Source: Thermodesulfovibrionales bacterium (GTDB lineage Bacteria > Nitrospirota > Thermodesulfovibrionia > Thermodesulfovibrionales > SM23-35). From it: a stretch of DNA of 64,000 nucleotides. Where the stretch lies: NCBI GenBank assembly GCA_963715195.1, contig CAVQRT010000002.1, positions 128,001 through 192,000 on the forward strand, written 5' to 3'. Positions 48,970-59,449 of this stretch are shown here, one piece after another. The notes beneath the pieces were generated by a model that was not told the DNA's origin, did not search any database, and worked only from the letters and a program-made list of their open reading frames with translations. The position numbers and the translations under genes were made by a program. The first letter of the stretch is position 1. Every line of letters starts with the position of its first letter.

Positions 48970-50238
48970 TCAAGTGATCTCGACATCCCTCTCGGTTGTT
49001 TTTGCAAAAACCATTGCAGTTGCCCTGTAGAGCATGTGTGCCATTTTTGAGAATGGTGCATAGGCAAAGAGGAAAAACACCACGACGAGATGCGAAAAAT
49101 AGATCAGATATGACAGCAATGCCAAATCTGCCAATCTGAACAATTCTGAGAGAATACCGGTAGCCATGACGGCAAAAATAATGTAGATCAAGAGCCAGTC
49201 ATAATAACCGCCTTCTCCGGCCTTTTCCACGTTCTTCTTCCTGTTGTTCATCACCATGAAGATACCAACCAAAAGCCCTAGTGCACTCATATTAGCAAGC
49301 CACTTCATAGGGTCCGATAACGGATATGGTGAGGGACCGAGCAACCACGGATAAGGTGTTTTCCCCATTGCATGCATGATCTCGTAACCATATAAATAGA
49401 GAACCGCCCATGCCGTTGTGACTGCAAGTCCGATGAAACTGAAAAACACAAGCATGTGGGCGAGCTTTCTGGATTTGGTAACATTGCACATTTCAAAGCG
49501 CTTATGAGTCAGAATATCACCGATTGTTGCAGTTATGGCACCTCCTATACTGCCTTTCGGCTTGGTGCCCGCCGCCCGGACCATATCTTTCCAGTACCGG
49601 GAGACCCCGATGGCAAGTGAAACAACGGCAAAGAAAAAAATTGGCACAAAGACACCATCTATATAATACGACTTTATTAACGAGGAGTAAGCGATGTTTC
49701 CAGCTTCATTCCGTATGCTTTCCAGATTCAGATGACCCAGCCCTGCCAGGATTATGAGAAAGATCACAACAGGGACTGCAAGAAGAAGGACGAGAGCGCC
49801 GGGATTCCCGACAGCCTTACCGAGAAAACGGGGAACAGAGTAATTTTCTATAGACATCTTTCTCACAACATTGAGCACTTCTCCCGGTTTCGCACCACGC
49901 GGACAATATGCGGTGCAATCACTGCACTGATGACAGAGCCAGATGTCGGGGTTGCCAAAAAGCTTATCCTTCATTCCCCACTGTGCATAGATCATCTCTT
50001 TTCTGGGGAAAGGGTTATCATCTGGCGTAAGATTGCACACGACGGAGCAGGTTGCACACTGGTAACATTTTTTTAACGACTCCCCGCCACCTTTAATGAT
50101 CGCGTTGACGAACTCCAGATCAGGGCTCATCGTGACACCGGTAAAGGGTTCAGGTGCCTTGGCAACCTCCACCGGAGCCCCAGGCGTTTCAGATTTCTCT
50201 GCTTTTGTTGCTTGGGCTTCTACTTTTTCTTCTGCCAT
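48970..50238 (-). CDS. qmoC: Quinone-interacting membrane-bound oxidoreductase subunit C
   Basis: CYQCATCSVVC and CHQCSDCTAYCPRG Fe-S motifs, multi-TM domain, SKMAH. Confidence 0.93.
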   Translation of the reverse strand: MAEEKVEAQATKAEKSETPGAPVEVAKAPEPFTGVTMSPDLEFVNAIIKGGGESLKKCYQCATCSVVCNLTPDDNPFPRKEMIYAQWGMKDKLFGNPDIWLCHQCSDCTAYCPRGAKPGEVLNVVRKMSIENYSVPRFLGKAVGNPGALVLLLAVPVVIFLIILAGLGHLNLESIRNEAGNIAYSSLIKSYYIDGVFVPIFFFAVVSLAIGVSRYWKDMVRAAGTKPKGSIGGAITATIGDILTHKRFEMCNVTKSRKLAHMLVFFSFIGLAVTTAWAVLYLYGYEIMHAMGKTPYPWLLGPSPYPLSDPMKWLANMSALGLLVGIFMVMNNRKKNVEKAGEGGYYDWLLIYIIFAVMATGILSELFRLADLALLSYLIYFSHLVVVFFLFAYAPFSKMAHMLYRATAMVFAKTTERDVEIT

Positions 50239-50259
50239 ATCTATACCTCCAATCCTATT

Positions 50260-52488
50260 CTAAAATTCCTTGAACGGATTAGGTCCTATTTCTTTAACCC
50301 TTTCCACAAACTCATTTATCATATCCGGTAATTTATGATACTCATCAATCGCCACCTGCAACATCTTAACACGATCAGCCTCAAGTTGCAGCTTGTTCAA
50401 TGTCTCCCCGACCTTGCTGAACCGAACATTTGCGAGCTCACTGCCCTTGACGAAATGACATTGATAATTTTCACCGAATTTACATCCGATCAGGAGGAAT
50501 CCATCAATACCTTTTGAAAAAGCATCCGCTATCCAGACAAGATGCATTCCACCCAGGCACCTCAAAGGAATAATGCGAACACACGAGTCAATCGATTTAC
50601 GCTGGAAGGCCATGGTATCAATAGCCGGATACGCATCATTTTCGCATACCAGGCAGACGATCCGGAAATAGTCTTCCTCGGGGACATCGATTGCCTTGAT
50701 CATTGAACCAATAATATCGATGCTGTAGTCTTTAAATGAAACGATTCTCTCAGGGCAGGCCCCCATGCACGTTCCGCACCGCCTGCACCTGTTCACTTTA
50801 TAGAAGGGTATCCCCTTTTCATCTTCATCTATCGCTCCAAAGGGGCACTCTTCCGTACACCTCTTACATGCAGTACATCTGATCAGCTGAGGGTCAGGGA
50901 ACGTCAGGTCCCATGCCCGCGGATGAACTGCGACACCTTTGGAAATATGATCAATACATTGAATTGCTTTGAACGCGGCTCCTGCGGCATCTTCCTGTGC
51001 ATCCGTCATATTCATCGGCTGTCTTACCGGGCCGGCAGCATATATCCCTGTTCTCCGTGTTTCGTACTGGAAACAGATGAAGTTCGAATCTGCAAACCCG
51101 CACGCACCCTCAAGGGATGGTAATTCCGGGCCCTGCCGGTACGTTAAATTCAAAATAAACTCAGGTTTAGGAGTGGAGTCAAGGTAGGCTTTTTTGGCAT
51201 CATCACCCTGTGCAGCAGCCTGGGTTATGCCGTCAAGATATTCCTGGGGGGCTCGTGTAGTCGGCACCATTCCCGTAGCCAATACAACAAGATCAGCCTC
51301 TACCTTGATCTTTTCGCCAAGGAGCGTATTCTCCATCTCGACAAAGAGATTCCCGTTTCCTGCATCAGAAACTCCCTTGACATCGGCTTTTGTAAGCATG
51401 ATGCCGGGATCGTTCTGTGCTTCCCTATAAAACGCTTCAAGCCTCCCCGGAGTCCTGATGTCTATGTAGAATATCATTGCTAATGCATTTGGGTTCTGTC
51501 TCACATATCGTGCCTGTTTCAATGAGGTTGCACAACACATGGAGGAGCAGTAAGTAAGGTGATTCGGGTCCCGCTGTCCGGCACACTGAATGAACGCAAC
51601 CTTTTCGGCATCCTTTCCATCAGAGGGTCTCGAAATGGTGCCTTTCTTCGCGATCTGCTCGAATTCGATATTCGTGACAACATTCTTATACTTACCATAA
51701 CCAAGATAATCCAGTTTTGTCGCATCATAGGGCACCCACCCTGTCGCTACGATAATGGCCCCGATCTTACACGTTTCTGTCCCCGAAGCCCCCGCAATCG
51801 TTACATCGAACAAGCCGGGCTGCCCCTCAGTCTTTGCAACCTTCGACGACTTGTAAACCTTAATGTTCGGATGGGTCTCGACCTTTTGAACAACCTTGTC
51901 TATTTCCGTGTCAACAATAATCGGATTGTAATCTCTAACAGGGATTTTCTTATAGAGCTTATTTGCGAAACCCCCGAGCTGGGGATCCTTCTCCACCAGA
52001 ACTACTTTATATCCTGCATCCGCAGCATCAAGCGCAGCTGTCATACCCGAAATCCCTCCACCAATCACAAGGATATCGTTACTTAAGTCTTCAAGTATCG
52101 CAGGTGAAGGCAGGTCAGACTTCTCGGTTTTCACGATGCCCATGGTTACATAGTCTTCCGCAAGCGCCTGTGTTTCCTCATTATTCGGTTCCTGAGTCCA
52201 GGCAACGAATTCACGGATATTGACCCTCTCTGTAAGACACCCGGGGAAGTCAAATTCTTCGTATTTGACGCGGGGAGAACATGCAGCGATGACGATTGTA
52301 TTTACTCCATCCTTCTTCATGTCATTTTTTATCGCCTGAAGACTTTCAGGGCTGCATAAGATATCATGTACCTTGATATTCTCTTCCTTGATAGTCCCCC
52401 GCTTCGAAGCCTTTGCCAGTTTCTCTATATCAACAGCATCTGCTATTCCGCACCCTTTACAAATGTATACACCGAATTTCTTCTCCAT
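50260..52488 (-). CDS. qmoB: QmoB (HdrA-like with MvhD-like C-terminus)
   Basis: ACSPR, IGGGISG, CAGQRD, CSSMCC, two ferredoxin motifs, C-terminal CENDA...RC...GCKFGENYQCH. Confidence 0.94.
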   Translation of the reverse strand: MEKKFGVYICKGCGIADAVDIEKLAKASKRGTIKEENIKVHDILCSPESLQAIKNDMKKDGVNTIVIAACSPRVKYEEFDFPGCLTERVNIREFVAWTQEPNNEETQALAEDYVTMGIVKTEKSDLPSPAILEDLSNDILVIGGGISGMTAALDAADAGYKVVLVEKDPQLGGFANKLYKKIPVRDYNPIIVDTEIDKVVQKVETHPNIKVYKSSKVAKTEGQPGLFDVTIAGASGTETCKIGAIIVATGWVPYDATKLDYLGYGKYKNVVTNIEFEQIAKKGTISRPSDGKDAEKVAFIQCAGQRDPNHLTYCSSMCCATSLKQARYVRQNPNALAMIFYIDIRTPGRLEAFYREAQNDPGIMLTKADVKGVSDAGNGNLFVEMENTLLGEKIKVEADLVVLATGMVPTTRAPQEYLDGITQAAAQGDDAKKAYLDSTPKPEFILNLTYRQGPELPSLEGACGFADSNFICFQYETRRTGIYAAGPVRQPMNMTDAQEDAAGAAFKAIQCIDHISKGVAVHPRAWDLTFPDPQLIRCTACKRCTEECPFGAIDEDEKGIPFYKVNRCRRCGTCMGACPERIVSFKDYSIDIIGSMIKAIDVPEEDYFRIVCLVCENDAYPAIDTMAFQRKSIDSCVRIIPLRCLGGMHLVWIADAFSKGIDGFLLIGCKFGENYQCHFVKGSELANVRFSKVGETLNKLQLEADRVKMLQVAIDEYHKLPDMINEFVERVKEIGPNPFKEF

Positions 52489-52490
52489 CC

Positions 52491-53741
52491 CTACCTCCTC
52501 TTCACGCTCTGGATGCTCTTTATCGCAGCAGCAGTTGCATCCTGGACTGACCTTGCCACATCGGCAGGGCTTTTCATGGTTCCCACGGCGTACATCCCTT
52601 TCTTCAGGGCTGCATCATCAACAAGCCCGTCTGGCGAAAAGGGGATATCCGTGCCAAGCTTTGAACCCTTAACCTCCATGCCCGTTGCGAGAACCACCAA
52701 ATCGAAGGTCTCCTTTTTCTTTGCGCCGGCGGATATATCCTCCACTTCAACAACCACATTCCCGCCCGCTTCTTCGGTAATTCCAGCGACCTTACCTTTT
52801 ATTAAGACAACATTTGGATCTTCTTTTATTTTCCAATAAAATCTGGGCTCGTACAGGCCCGGGGTTCTGATATCAATATAATAAATGGTGATTTTTGCAT
52901 CGGGATACTGTTCTCTGATATATGTGGTGTGCTTCAGGGATGCGAGACAGCAGATATAAGAACAATACGGGAGATGATTTTCGTCCCTTGATCCTGCGCA
53001 TTGGACAAACGCAATATTCTTTACCTCTTTACCGTCTGATGGACGGACAATCCTGCCCTGGGTAGGACCGTCAGGGGCAGCCAGCCTTTCCATCATCATA
53101 TTCGTAATAGCATTCTTGATCTTTCCTGATCCGAGGATGTCCAGTTTCGCTGCATCATAGGGGTCCCAACCGGTCGCAAGGACAACTGCACCCACATTCA
53201 GCGTCACCTTTTCCGGCTTCATATCAAGATCGATTGCATTGTACTTGCATGCTTCAAGGCATGGTTTCATACAATCTTTTGAACAGGCCTGAGCGTCAAT
53301 GACATATTGGAACGGGAACGCCTGCGCGTGGGGCAAATACGCAGCTTTCGACTTGTTCATACCGAAATTGAAATCATCATCACGGTATGTGGGACAGGCC
53401 TGCGCACAGGCATCGCATCCAACGCATTTATCGTTGACATACCGCGGGTGCAGTTTTAACGAAACATCGAAATTCCCCTCTTCACCCTTAATCTCTTCGA
53501 CTTCCGCAAGGGTATAGAATTTAATGAGCGGATTATTCCTCATCCTCTTGAACTGAATCTCAAGACCACAGTTTGGAGGGCAGAGTTTCCAGAAGTATTT
53601 GTTGAGCTGTGTCACCCTGCCGCCAAGATACGGGTTTTTCTCTACGATATGAGCTTCAAGCCCTGCCTCTGCTACTTCTATCGCAGCAGTAAGACCGCTC
53701 ATACCGCCTCCAATCACCAGAACCTTCTTGTTTTCTGCCAT
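52491..53741 (-). CDS. qmoA: QmoA (HdrA-like flavoprotein)
   Basis: IGGGMSG, KLCPPNCG, CAGSRDEN, CSYICC; follows aprA. Confidence 0.94.
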   Translation of the reverse strand: MAENKKVLVIGGGMSGLTAAIEVAEAGLEAHIVEKNPYLGGRVTQLNKYFWKLCPPNCGLEIQFKRMRNNPLIKFYTLAEVEEIKGEEGNFDVSLKLHPRYVNDKCVGCDACAQACPTYRDDDFNFGMNKSKAAYLPHAQAFPFQYVIDAQACSKDCMKPCLEACKYNAIDLDMKPEKVTLNVGAVVLATGWDPYDAAKLDILGSGKIKNAITNMMMERLAAPDGPTQGRIVRPSDGKEVKNIAFVQCAGSRDENHLPYCSYICCLASLKHTTYIREQYPDAKITIYYIDIRTPGLYEPRFYWKIKEDPNVVLIKGKVAGITEEAGGNVVVEVEDISAGAKKKETFDLVVLATGMEVKGSKLGTDIPFSPDGLVDDAALKKGMYAVGTMKSPADVARSVQDATAAAIKSIQSVKRR

Positions 53742-53876
53742 ATTGACCCTCCTTTAAGGCAGTAAATCACAAAAAGCGGGTTATACCCGGAAATATAACC
53801 TTCTTTTTGTAACTTACTCAGCAAGACGGGGAGTAGTATATCACACTTGTCAACAAAAATCTCTTCCGGGACTTAT

Positions 53877-53906
53877 AAAAAAATGGGGGAGGTTTTACCC
53901 TCCCCC
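53877..53906 (-). terminator. Intrinsic terminator after aprA
   Basis: GGGGGAGG-gtaaaa-CCTCCCCC followed by ATTTTTTT. Confidence 0.85.
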
Positions 53907-53918
53907 GTCTCTGAAAGC

Positions 53919-55922
53919 TTACGGGTACATCTGAACGTACGGTACTTTCTTAAACTCCCAGGTATTGGCCTCTGCATTGTAAATAGAATTGGTAAAGCAC
54001 TTCCAGTTGGTGTCATCGATCTTGTTGAAATCACCTCTGTAGTAGTAGCCAGGATACCTGGACTCTTCCCTGAAGAGGATGTGGCGAGCATGTGCCTCGA
54101 CAGACAGAATTCTGTGGTAGTTTTCAAAGCACCTTAAGAGCTCATGAAGGTTGGCTGCTGCCATATGGTTACAGTCCTCTTTCAGCATTTCGAGTTTCTT
54201 GAGGCCTTCTTCGAGCATGGTCTTTGAGGTCATATACCATGTCGCGCAACCGCCAAAGTACTCATCGGCTATCTTCATCAGCCTCGCCTGGAGTGCTTTT
54301 GGACCGATATAATTGGGGTTTATCTCGGGATCGGTTGTGTAGGTTTTATATTTCTCATAGACTTCGAACGGCAGATAGAGTTCAGACGCAATCTCATCGA
54401 GGGACATTTTAGGATCTGGTTTGTAGTCTGCATGGTCAAGGATGTATGCGATTGCAGCCTTTGCTGCGATTCTGCCTTCTGCATGGGAGCCTGATGAGAA
54501 CTTGTGCCCTGATGCACCGACAACGTCACCGGCCATGAAGAGTCCTGGTACTGTGGACATCCTGTTATATCCCCAGGTGTAGTGTTCCGGTGTGCCAGGA
54601 AGATCGCCAGGGCCGCTTACCCAGAAGCCCGCGCAGCCGGCATGTGAACCGAGGAGATACGGCTCGGTCGGCATGATCTCGGAAGGAACCTTATCAGGCT
54701 CAACATTATTTGCCGCCCAGAGTGATGCCTGTCCGATAGCCATGTCGAGGAAGTCTTCCCATGCCTCTGCCTCGAGGTGTTTCAGCTTCTTTGCGCCGAC
54801 TTTCTCGCCGAGCTGACCAATAATTCTGTCGGAGAACTCTTTCATTGCGGTATGGGTCTGCATGAGGATCGGTCCCCTCCCGTCCTTCATGGCCCTCATC
54901 ATCAGGTGGTTTCTGATGGCGGTACCGAGATTCTTTGCATAGTCTCCATATCTGGCAACTGCATCGTCGAAGTACTCTTTGTCAGCACAATAGTCATTCC
55001 CGTAACTGTCAGTTGCTTTTGCCTTGAAGAAGAGGAACCATGCGCCGACAGGCCCATAACCGTCTTTGAACCGCGCAGGGACGAACCTGTTTTCCATGAG
55101 GCTCATCTCAGCACCGGCCTGCATGCCGAAGGCATACCCTGAACCAGCGCAGAACACCGGGTACCAGGTTCTTCCCATGCCTTCACCGACCGACCTCGGT
55201 CTGAAGCAGTTCACTGCTCCGGCAGTTGCGCAGAGCATTGCCTTTGCCTTGAAGGAATAAATCTTGTTTTCCCTTGTGCTGAAGCCGATGGCTGATGCGA
55301 CATTCTTGCCATTTTTATCCATGACAGCCTTCACGATGAATACTCTTTCAAAATGGTTCTGTGCAATGCCGGTCGCGGCCCTGTTCGTCTCAAGGGCCTT
55401 CTTTGCAGCCTCTGCAACGACAACCTTATAAGACTCACCATTGATCATGATCTGCCATTTTCCGGATCTGACCGGTGTTCCGCCGTCCTTCAGCATGGGT
55501 TTCCCTTGTTCCTTGGCCTCAGCACCGTCTATGGAGAACCCGTCATCGCCTTTTTTCCAGATCGGGAGACCCCACTCTTCGAAGCTATGAACCGAATCGT
55601 CAACGTGCCTGCCGAGGTCATATACCAGGTCTTCCCTGATGATGCCCATGAGGTCGTTCCTGACGTATTTCACATAATCTGCGACCTTGTTTTCACCTAC
55701 ATAGGTGTTGATAGCGGACAGACCCATTGCAACGGCACCGCTCCTGTCTGTCGCAGCCTTGTCGACCAAAACGACCGTCATTTTTTTGGCGTTCGCCCAG
55801 CGGCATGCCTCAAACGCTGCACCGCAGCCGGCCATACCGCCGCCCATGATCAGGAGATCGCACTCAACTTCGGTTACTTCGGGCTTTTGACAATATGAAA
55901 ATGTACAAGTTTCTTTTTCCAT
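53919..55922 (-). CDS. aprA: Adenylylsulfate reductase alpha subunit
   Basis: RSGAVAMGLSAIN, WQIMINGESY, RFKDGYGPVGAW, GHKFSSGSH, REESRYPG. Confidence 0.98.
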   Translation of the reverse strand: MEKETCTFSYCQKPEVTEVECDLLIMGGGMAGCGAAFEACRWANAKKMTVVLVDKAATDRSGAVAMGLSAINTYVGENKVADYVKYVRNDLMGIIREDLVYDLGRHVDDSVHSFEEWGLPIWKKGDDGFSIDGAEAKEQGKPMLKDGGTPVRSGKWQIMINGESYKVVVAEAAKKALETNRAATGIAQNHFERVFIVKAVMDKNGKNVASAIGFSTRENKIYSFKAKAMLCATAGAVNCFRPRSVGEGMGRTWYPVFCAGSGYAFGMQAGAEMSLMENRFVPARFKDGYGPVGAWFLFFKAKATDSYGNDYCADKEYFDDAVARYGDYAKNLGTAIRNHLMMRAMKDGRGPILMQTHTAMKEFSDRIIGQLGEKVGAKKLKHLEAEAWEDFLDMAIGQASLWAANNVEPDKVPSEIMPTEPYLLGSHAGCAGFWVSGPGDLPGTPEHYTWGYNRMSTVPGLFMAGDVVGASGHKFSSGSHAEGRIAAKAAIAYILDHADYKPDPKMSLDEIASELYLPFEVYEKYKTYTTDPEINPNYIGPKALQARLMKIADEYFGGCATWYMTSKTMLEEGLKKLEMLKEDCNHMAAANLHELLRCFENYHRILSVEAHARHILFREESRYPGYYYRGDFNKIDDTNWKCFTNSIYNAEANTWEFKKVPYVQMYP

Positions 55923-55941
55923 CGTATAATCACCTCCTCAA

Positions 55942-56361
55942 TTATTCAGTTCTTGCTGGGCTGTTAAAAAATCCCGGCTTTTTAATAGTTGCGAAATCAG
56001 GCTCCGGCTTGCCTGCATACGGATCAACAGAACCTTCAACCGTAGTTCTGATAGGGAATTTGAATCTCTTGGTAAGACCGCTTCTGAACTTAATTGTCCA
56101 CATGATTGAGTCAGTTCCTCTGAGAGGAATCGTCTGTGACCCGAGGGGAACAAAGTCTGAATACCCTCTCACCTCAATTGCCTGCTGAGGGCAGATCTTG
56201 ACACAGTTAAAGCATTCCCAGCACTGCTCGGGTTCCTGATTCCACGCCTTCATCGTTTCCCTGTCGAGGGCCATGAGATCGTGAGGACAGATATACTGGC
56301 ATGCAGTCTTATCCTGTGCCTTGCAACCGTCACACTTTTCGGTAATCACAAAACTTGGCAT
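55942..56361 (-). CDS. aprB: Adenylylsulfate reductase beta subunit
   Basis: CDGCK...CQYICP, NQEPEQCWECFNCVKICP, FKFPIRTT. Confidence 0.98.
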   Translation of the reverse strand: MPSFVITEKCDGCKAQDKTACQYICPHDLMALDRETMKAWNQEPEQCWECFNCVKICPQQAIEVRGYSDFVPLGSQTIPLRGTDSIMWTIKFRSGLTKRFKFPIRTTVEGSVDPYAGKPEPDFATIKKPGFFNSPARTE

Positions 56362-56508
56362 ATAACTACACCTCCTTTAAAATTAGTATTTGGGTTTGAA
56401 AGAAAAAACAGACGTCAGAGTGCCCTTCCACCTCCTTTCCATATAGTTGACAATATGCAGGAGGCCAGTACGGTTGATCCTTTTGATAACCTCCTGTATT
56501 GCAATACA

Positions 56509-57729
56509 TTATTTCTTTTCACCCTCTGCGTATTTGTGGAGCTTTATCTCAACTTTTTCAGTGAGGCCAGCATAATATTCTCTCAGAATATTCAGAACTT
56601 CAATGCGGCTGAACTTTGGTGTAACCTCTTCGCCTTCCGAAAGCATTTTTCTCAGCTTTGTTCCGCTAAGGAGGATTCTGTCTTCTTTCCCATGCGGGCA
56701 GGTCTTCATCGAGGCCATACCTTCACACGCGTTACAGTAGAAGGTCCAGTCGATGTTCAGCGGCCTGGTTTCGAGCGAACCTTCCGGGATTTCATTGAAT
56801 ATCTTCTGGGCATCGAACGGACCGTAGTACTCACCGACACCGGCATGGTCTCTGCCGACGATCAAATGGCTGCATCCGTAGTTCTGTCTGAAAGTCGCAT
56901 GGAGGAGAGCCTCACGCGGTCCTGCATATCTCATGTCGAGGGGGTAGCCGCCGACCTGAACGGTATTCTTCACGAAATATTTCTCTACAAGCACGTCGAT
57001 ACACTTCTGGCGGACGTCTGAAGGAATATCGCCCGGTTTCAGTTTGCCAAGAAGCATGTGGATATACACGCCGTCGGTGACTTCCACCGCTACCTTTGCG
57101 AGATACTCGTGGGAGCGGTGCATCGGGTTTCTGGTCTGGAATGCGGCAACACGGCTCCAGCCCTTTTCTATGAATGCCTTCCTCGTCTCGGCGGGACGCT
57201 GATAAATGGTTGGATATTCGGTCGGGAACGGGCCTTCGCTCAGGACCTTAACCCGTCCGGCAAGGTTAACCTCTGCCTGATCCATTACCATCTTGACGCC
57301 GGGATGTTCGATATCGGTAGTCTTATACACTTCCTTGCATTCATATGCCTTATCAATAGTGTACCGGTCATATACCTTCATGGTTGCCATGATTTCGTTG
57401 AACTCGGTGGAGAAAAGCGCAATCTCGTCGCCGTTCTTGATACTGTCGGCATCTGCTTTAGAACAGGAGACTGTTATCGGGATCGGCCAGAATGTTCCAT
57501 CTGCCATCTTGAAGTCCTTGCATACCCCTTTCCAGTCTTCCTCTGTCATAAATCCGGTCAGCGGGGTAAACCCTCCGATTCCCATCATAATAAGGTCACC
57601 GGTTTCACGAGAGCTTATCATGATCTTCTTCAGTCCCGCCGCTTTCTTTTTCTCTTCTGCCAGTTCTCCTGCCGTCAGCAAAAGGGGATTCAGTTTCTTC
57701 TCTTTTCCATGTGGATGTACTAAAGCCAT
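56509..57729 (-). CDS. sat: Sulfate adenylyltransferase
   Basis: [37 protein letters not shown]. Confidence 0.98.
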   Translation of the reverse strand: MALVHPHGKEKKLNPLLLTAGELAEEKKKAAGLKKIMISSRETGDLIMMGIGGFTPLTGFMTEEDWKGVCKDFKMADGTFWPIPITVSCSKADADSIKNGDEIALFSTEFNEIMATMKVYDRYTIDKAYECKEVYKTTDIEHPGVKMVMDQAEVNLAGRVKVLSEGPFPTEYPTIYQRPAETRKAFIEKGWSRVAAFQTRNPMHRSHEYLAKVAVEVTDGVYIHMLLGKLKPGDIPSDVRQKCIDVLVEKYFVKNTVQVGGYPLDMRYAGPREALLHATFRQNYGCSHLIVGRDHAGVGEYYGPFDAQKIFNEIPEGSLETRPLNIDWTFYCNACEGMASMKTCPHGKEDRILLSGTKLRKMLSEGEEVTPKFSRIEVLNILREYYAGLTEKVEIKLHKYAEGEKK

Positions 57730-57778
57730 ACCAATTCCTCCTTGTTATATATTTTCAAGACCAAGCTTGAATTTTCTC

Positions 57779-58423
57779 TTAAAGCCCTAATACCTCGGTA
57801 ACTTTCTTGAATATCTCATCGATGCTGCCGGTACCAGCAACTGATTTCAGTATGCCTTTGCTCTTGTAATATCCGATTAACGGTTCTGTCTGTGCGGAAT
57901 ACACTTCAAGTCTCTTCTTGATAGTTGCTTCCTTATCATCATCCCTATGGAACAACTCTCCGTTGCATTTATCACAGGCCCCTTCCTTTTTGGGGGCGCT
58001 AAAGTAAACGTTGTACATCTGTCCGCACGCTTTACAGGTCCTTCTTCCCGTAAGCCTCTTCATGAGATCATCAAACGGGACATCAACACTTACAGCAGCG
58101 GTTAACGACATGTTGAGTGACGATAGCATTTTGTCGAGCGCCTCTGCCTGCGCAGTGTTTCTCGGAAATCCGTCGAGGATATATCCTTTTTTGCAGTCAT
58201 CCTGTTTGAGCCTCTCTTCGACCATGCCGAGGACAACACTGTCAGGGACGAGTTCCCCTTTGTCCATATATGACTTTGCTTCTTTCCCAAGGGGCGTTCC
58301 TGCGGATACGGCTGCACGCAAAAGATCCCCTGTGGAAATCTGAGGTATGCCATATTTTTCGATCAGTTTCTTGGCCTGAGTACCTTTCCCGGCGCCAGGC
58401 GCACCAAGCAATACAATTCTCAT
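57779..58423 (-). CDS. adk: Adenylate kinase (Zn-lid type)
   Basis: GAPGAGKGTQ, ISTGD, LDGFPR, CxxC...CxxC lid. Confidence 0.98.
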   Translation of the reverse strand: MRIVLLGAPGAGKGTQAKKLIEKYGIPQISTGDLLRAAVSAGTPLGKEAKSYMDKGELVPDSVVLGMVEERLKQDDCKKGYILDGFPRNTAQAEALDKMLSSLNMSLTAAVSVDVPFDDLMKRLTGRRTCKACGQMYNVYFSAPKKEGACDKCNGELFHRDDDKEATIKKRLEVYSAQTEPLIGYYKSKGILKSVAGTGSIDEIFKKVTEVLGL

Positions 58424-58666
58424 AATTCTACCCCCGTTAAATTTTTTGCAAGACTTTATTAAAAAAAATGAACTGCCTTATGTAAACTGCAAAGAAAAAC
58501 GCTTAAAAATTAGAGAATAATATGCTTTGTACAAAAATTTAAAATGCGTGGCAGAGCTTTACTTCAAAAAAAACAGACATATAAATATATTATCCATCAT
58601 GGTTTTAGTCAAATTCATATTTCTGATAGAAAAATAAGATTTCCTTATCGATAAACGGTTTTCGTT

Positions 58667-59281
58667 TCAGATTTGTTCTTTGCCACAACTTTCACGGTAA
58701 ATCCACAACTTGATAAATGTCTTGAATGCCTCGAGTGCCTGACCCCGGTGGCTTACCGCATCCTTTTCAACATCATCCATTTCGGCAAAGGTGCGGTCAG
58801 AACCCGACGGGTAAAATACCGGGTCATACCCGAACCCAGAGGATCCTTTCGGCGCTTTCCCGATATAACCTTGTACAGAACCAAAAAAGACATGTACCCT
58901 CTCCTCAGGCACTGCGAGAGCAATACAGCAGGTAAACCGGGCTGTTCTATTGTCGGCGGTGCGCATTTCCCTCAGCAATTTTTCGATATTCTTTCTGTCG
59001 TCTGCGGGTTCCCCGGCATACCGTGCAGAGTGGGTCCCGGGGGCACCATCCAGAGCAGCAACTTCAAGCCCCGAATCGTCTGCAAGTGCCGGTTTTCCCG
59101 TACAATGTGCGATAGCCACCGCTTTCTTTACGGCATTCTCCTCGAAAGTAACGCCGTCTTCCACAACCTCCGGGCATTCGGGAAAATCATCAAGGGTGAA
59201 TACAATCAAAGGAAGTCCTGCGGTAATCCGCTTTATTTCCGCTACCTTCTTTCTGTTTCTCGTTGCGAGCACTACTTCCAC
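58667..59281 (-). CDS. rdgB: XTP/dITP diphosphatase
   Basis: ATRN, ADDSGL, PGTHSARY, GFGYDP, SHRG. Confidence 0.95.
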   Translation of the reverse strand: MEVVLATRNRKKVAEIKRITAGLPLIVFTLDDFPECPEVVEDGVTFEENAVKKAVAIAHCTGKPALADDSGLEVAALDGAPGTHSARYAGEPADDRKNIEKLLREMRTADNRTARFTCCIALAVPEERVHVFFGSVQGYIGKAPKGSSGFGYDPVFYPSGSDRTFAEMDDVEKDAVSHRGQALEAFKTFIKLWIYRESCGKEQI

Positions 59282-59449
59282 AGTACATGCCTTTCCGGTA
59301 GTTTCAGGTGAGGCTAAAAAATTCTGCAGGTGCAGTTTTGTCTCATACTATACCATATGTTCTATATGTCCAATCTATACGATAGTTATGCATTTTGGAC
59401 CGGCCTCTCCTCTGGGGACAAGAAATATTTTCCCTTGTGACTTCAAAAT

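Noticed and set aside
58527..58544. Rex-like operator upstream of adk-sat (TTGTACAAAAATTTAAAA)
   Set aside because: Only 10 of 14 consensus positions match in very AT-rich DNA; not distinguishable from chance without a matrix scan.
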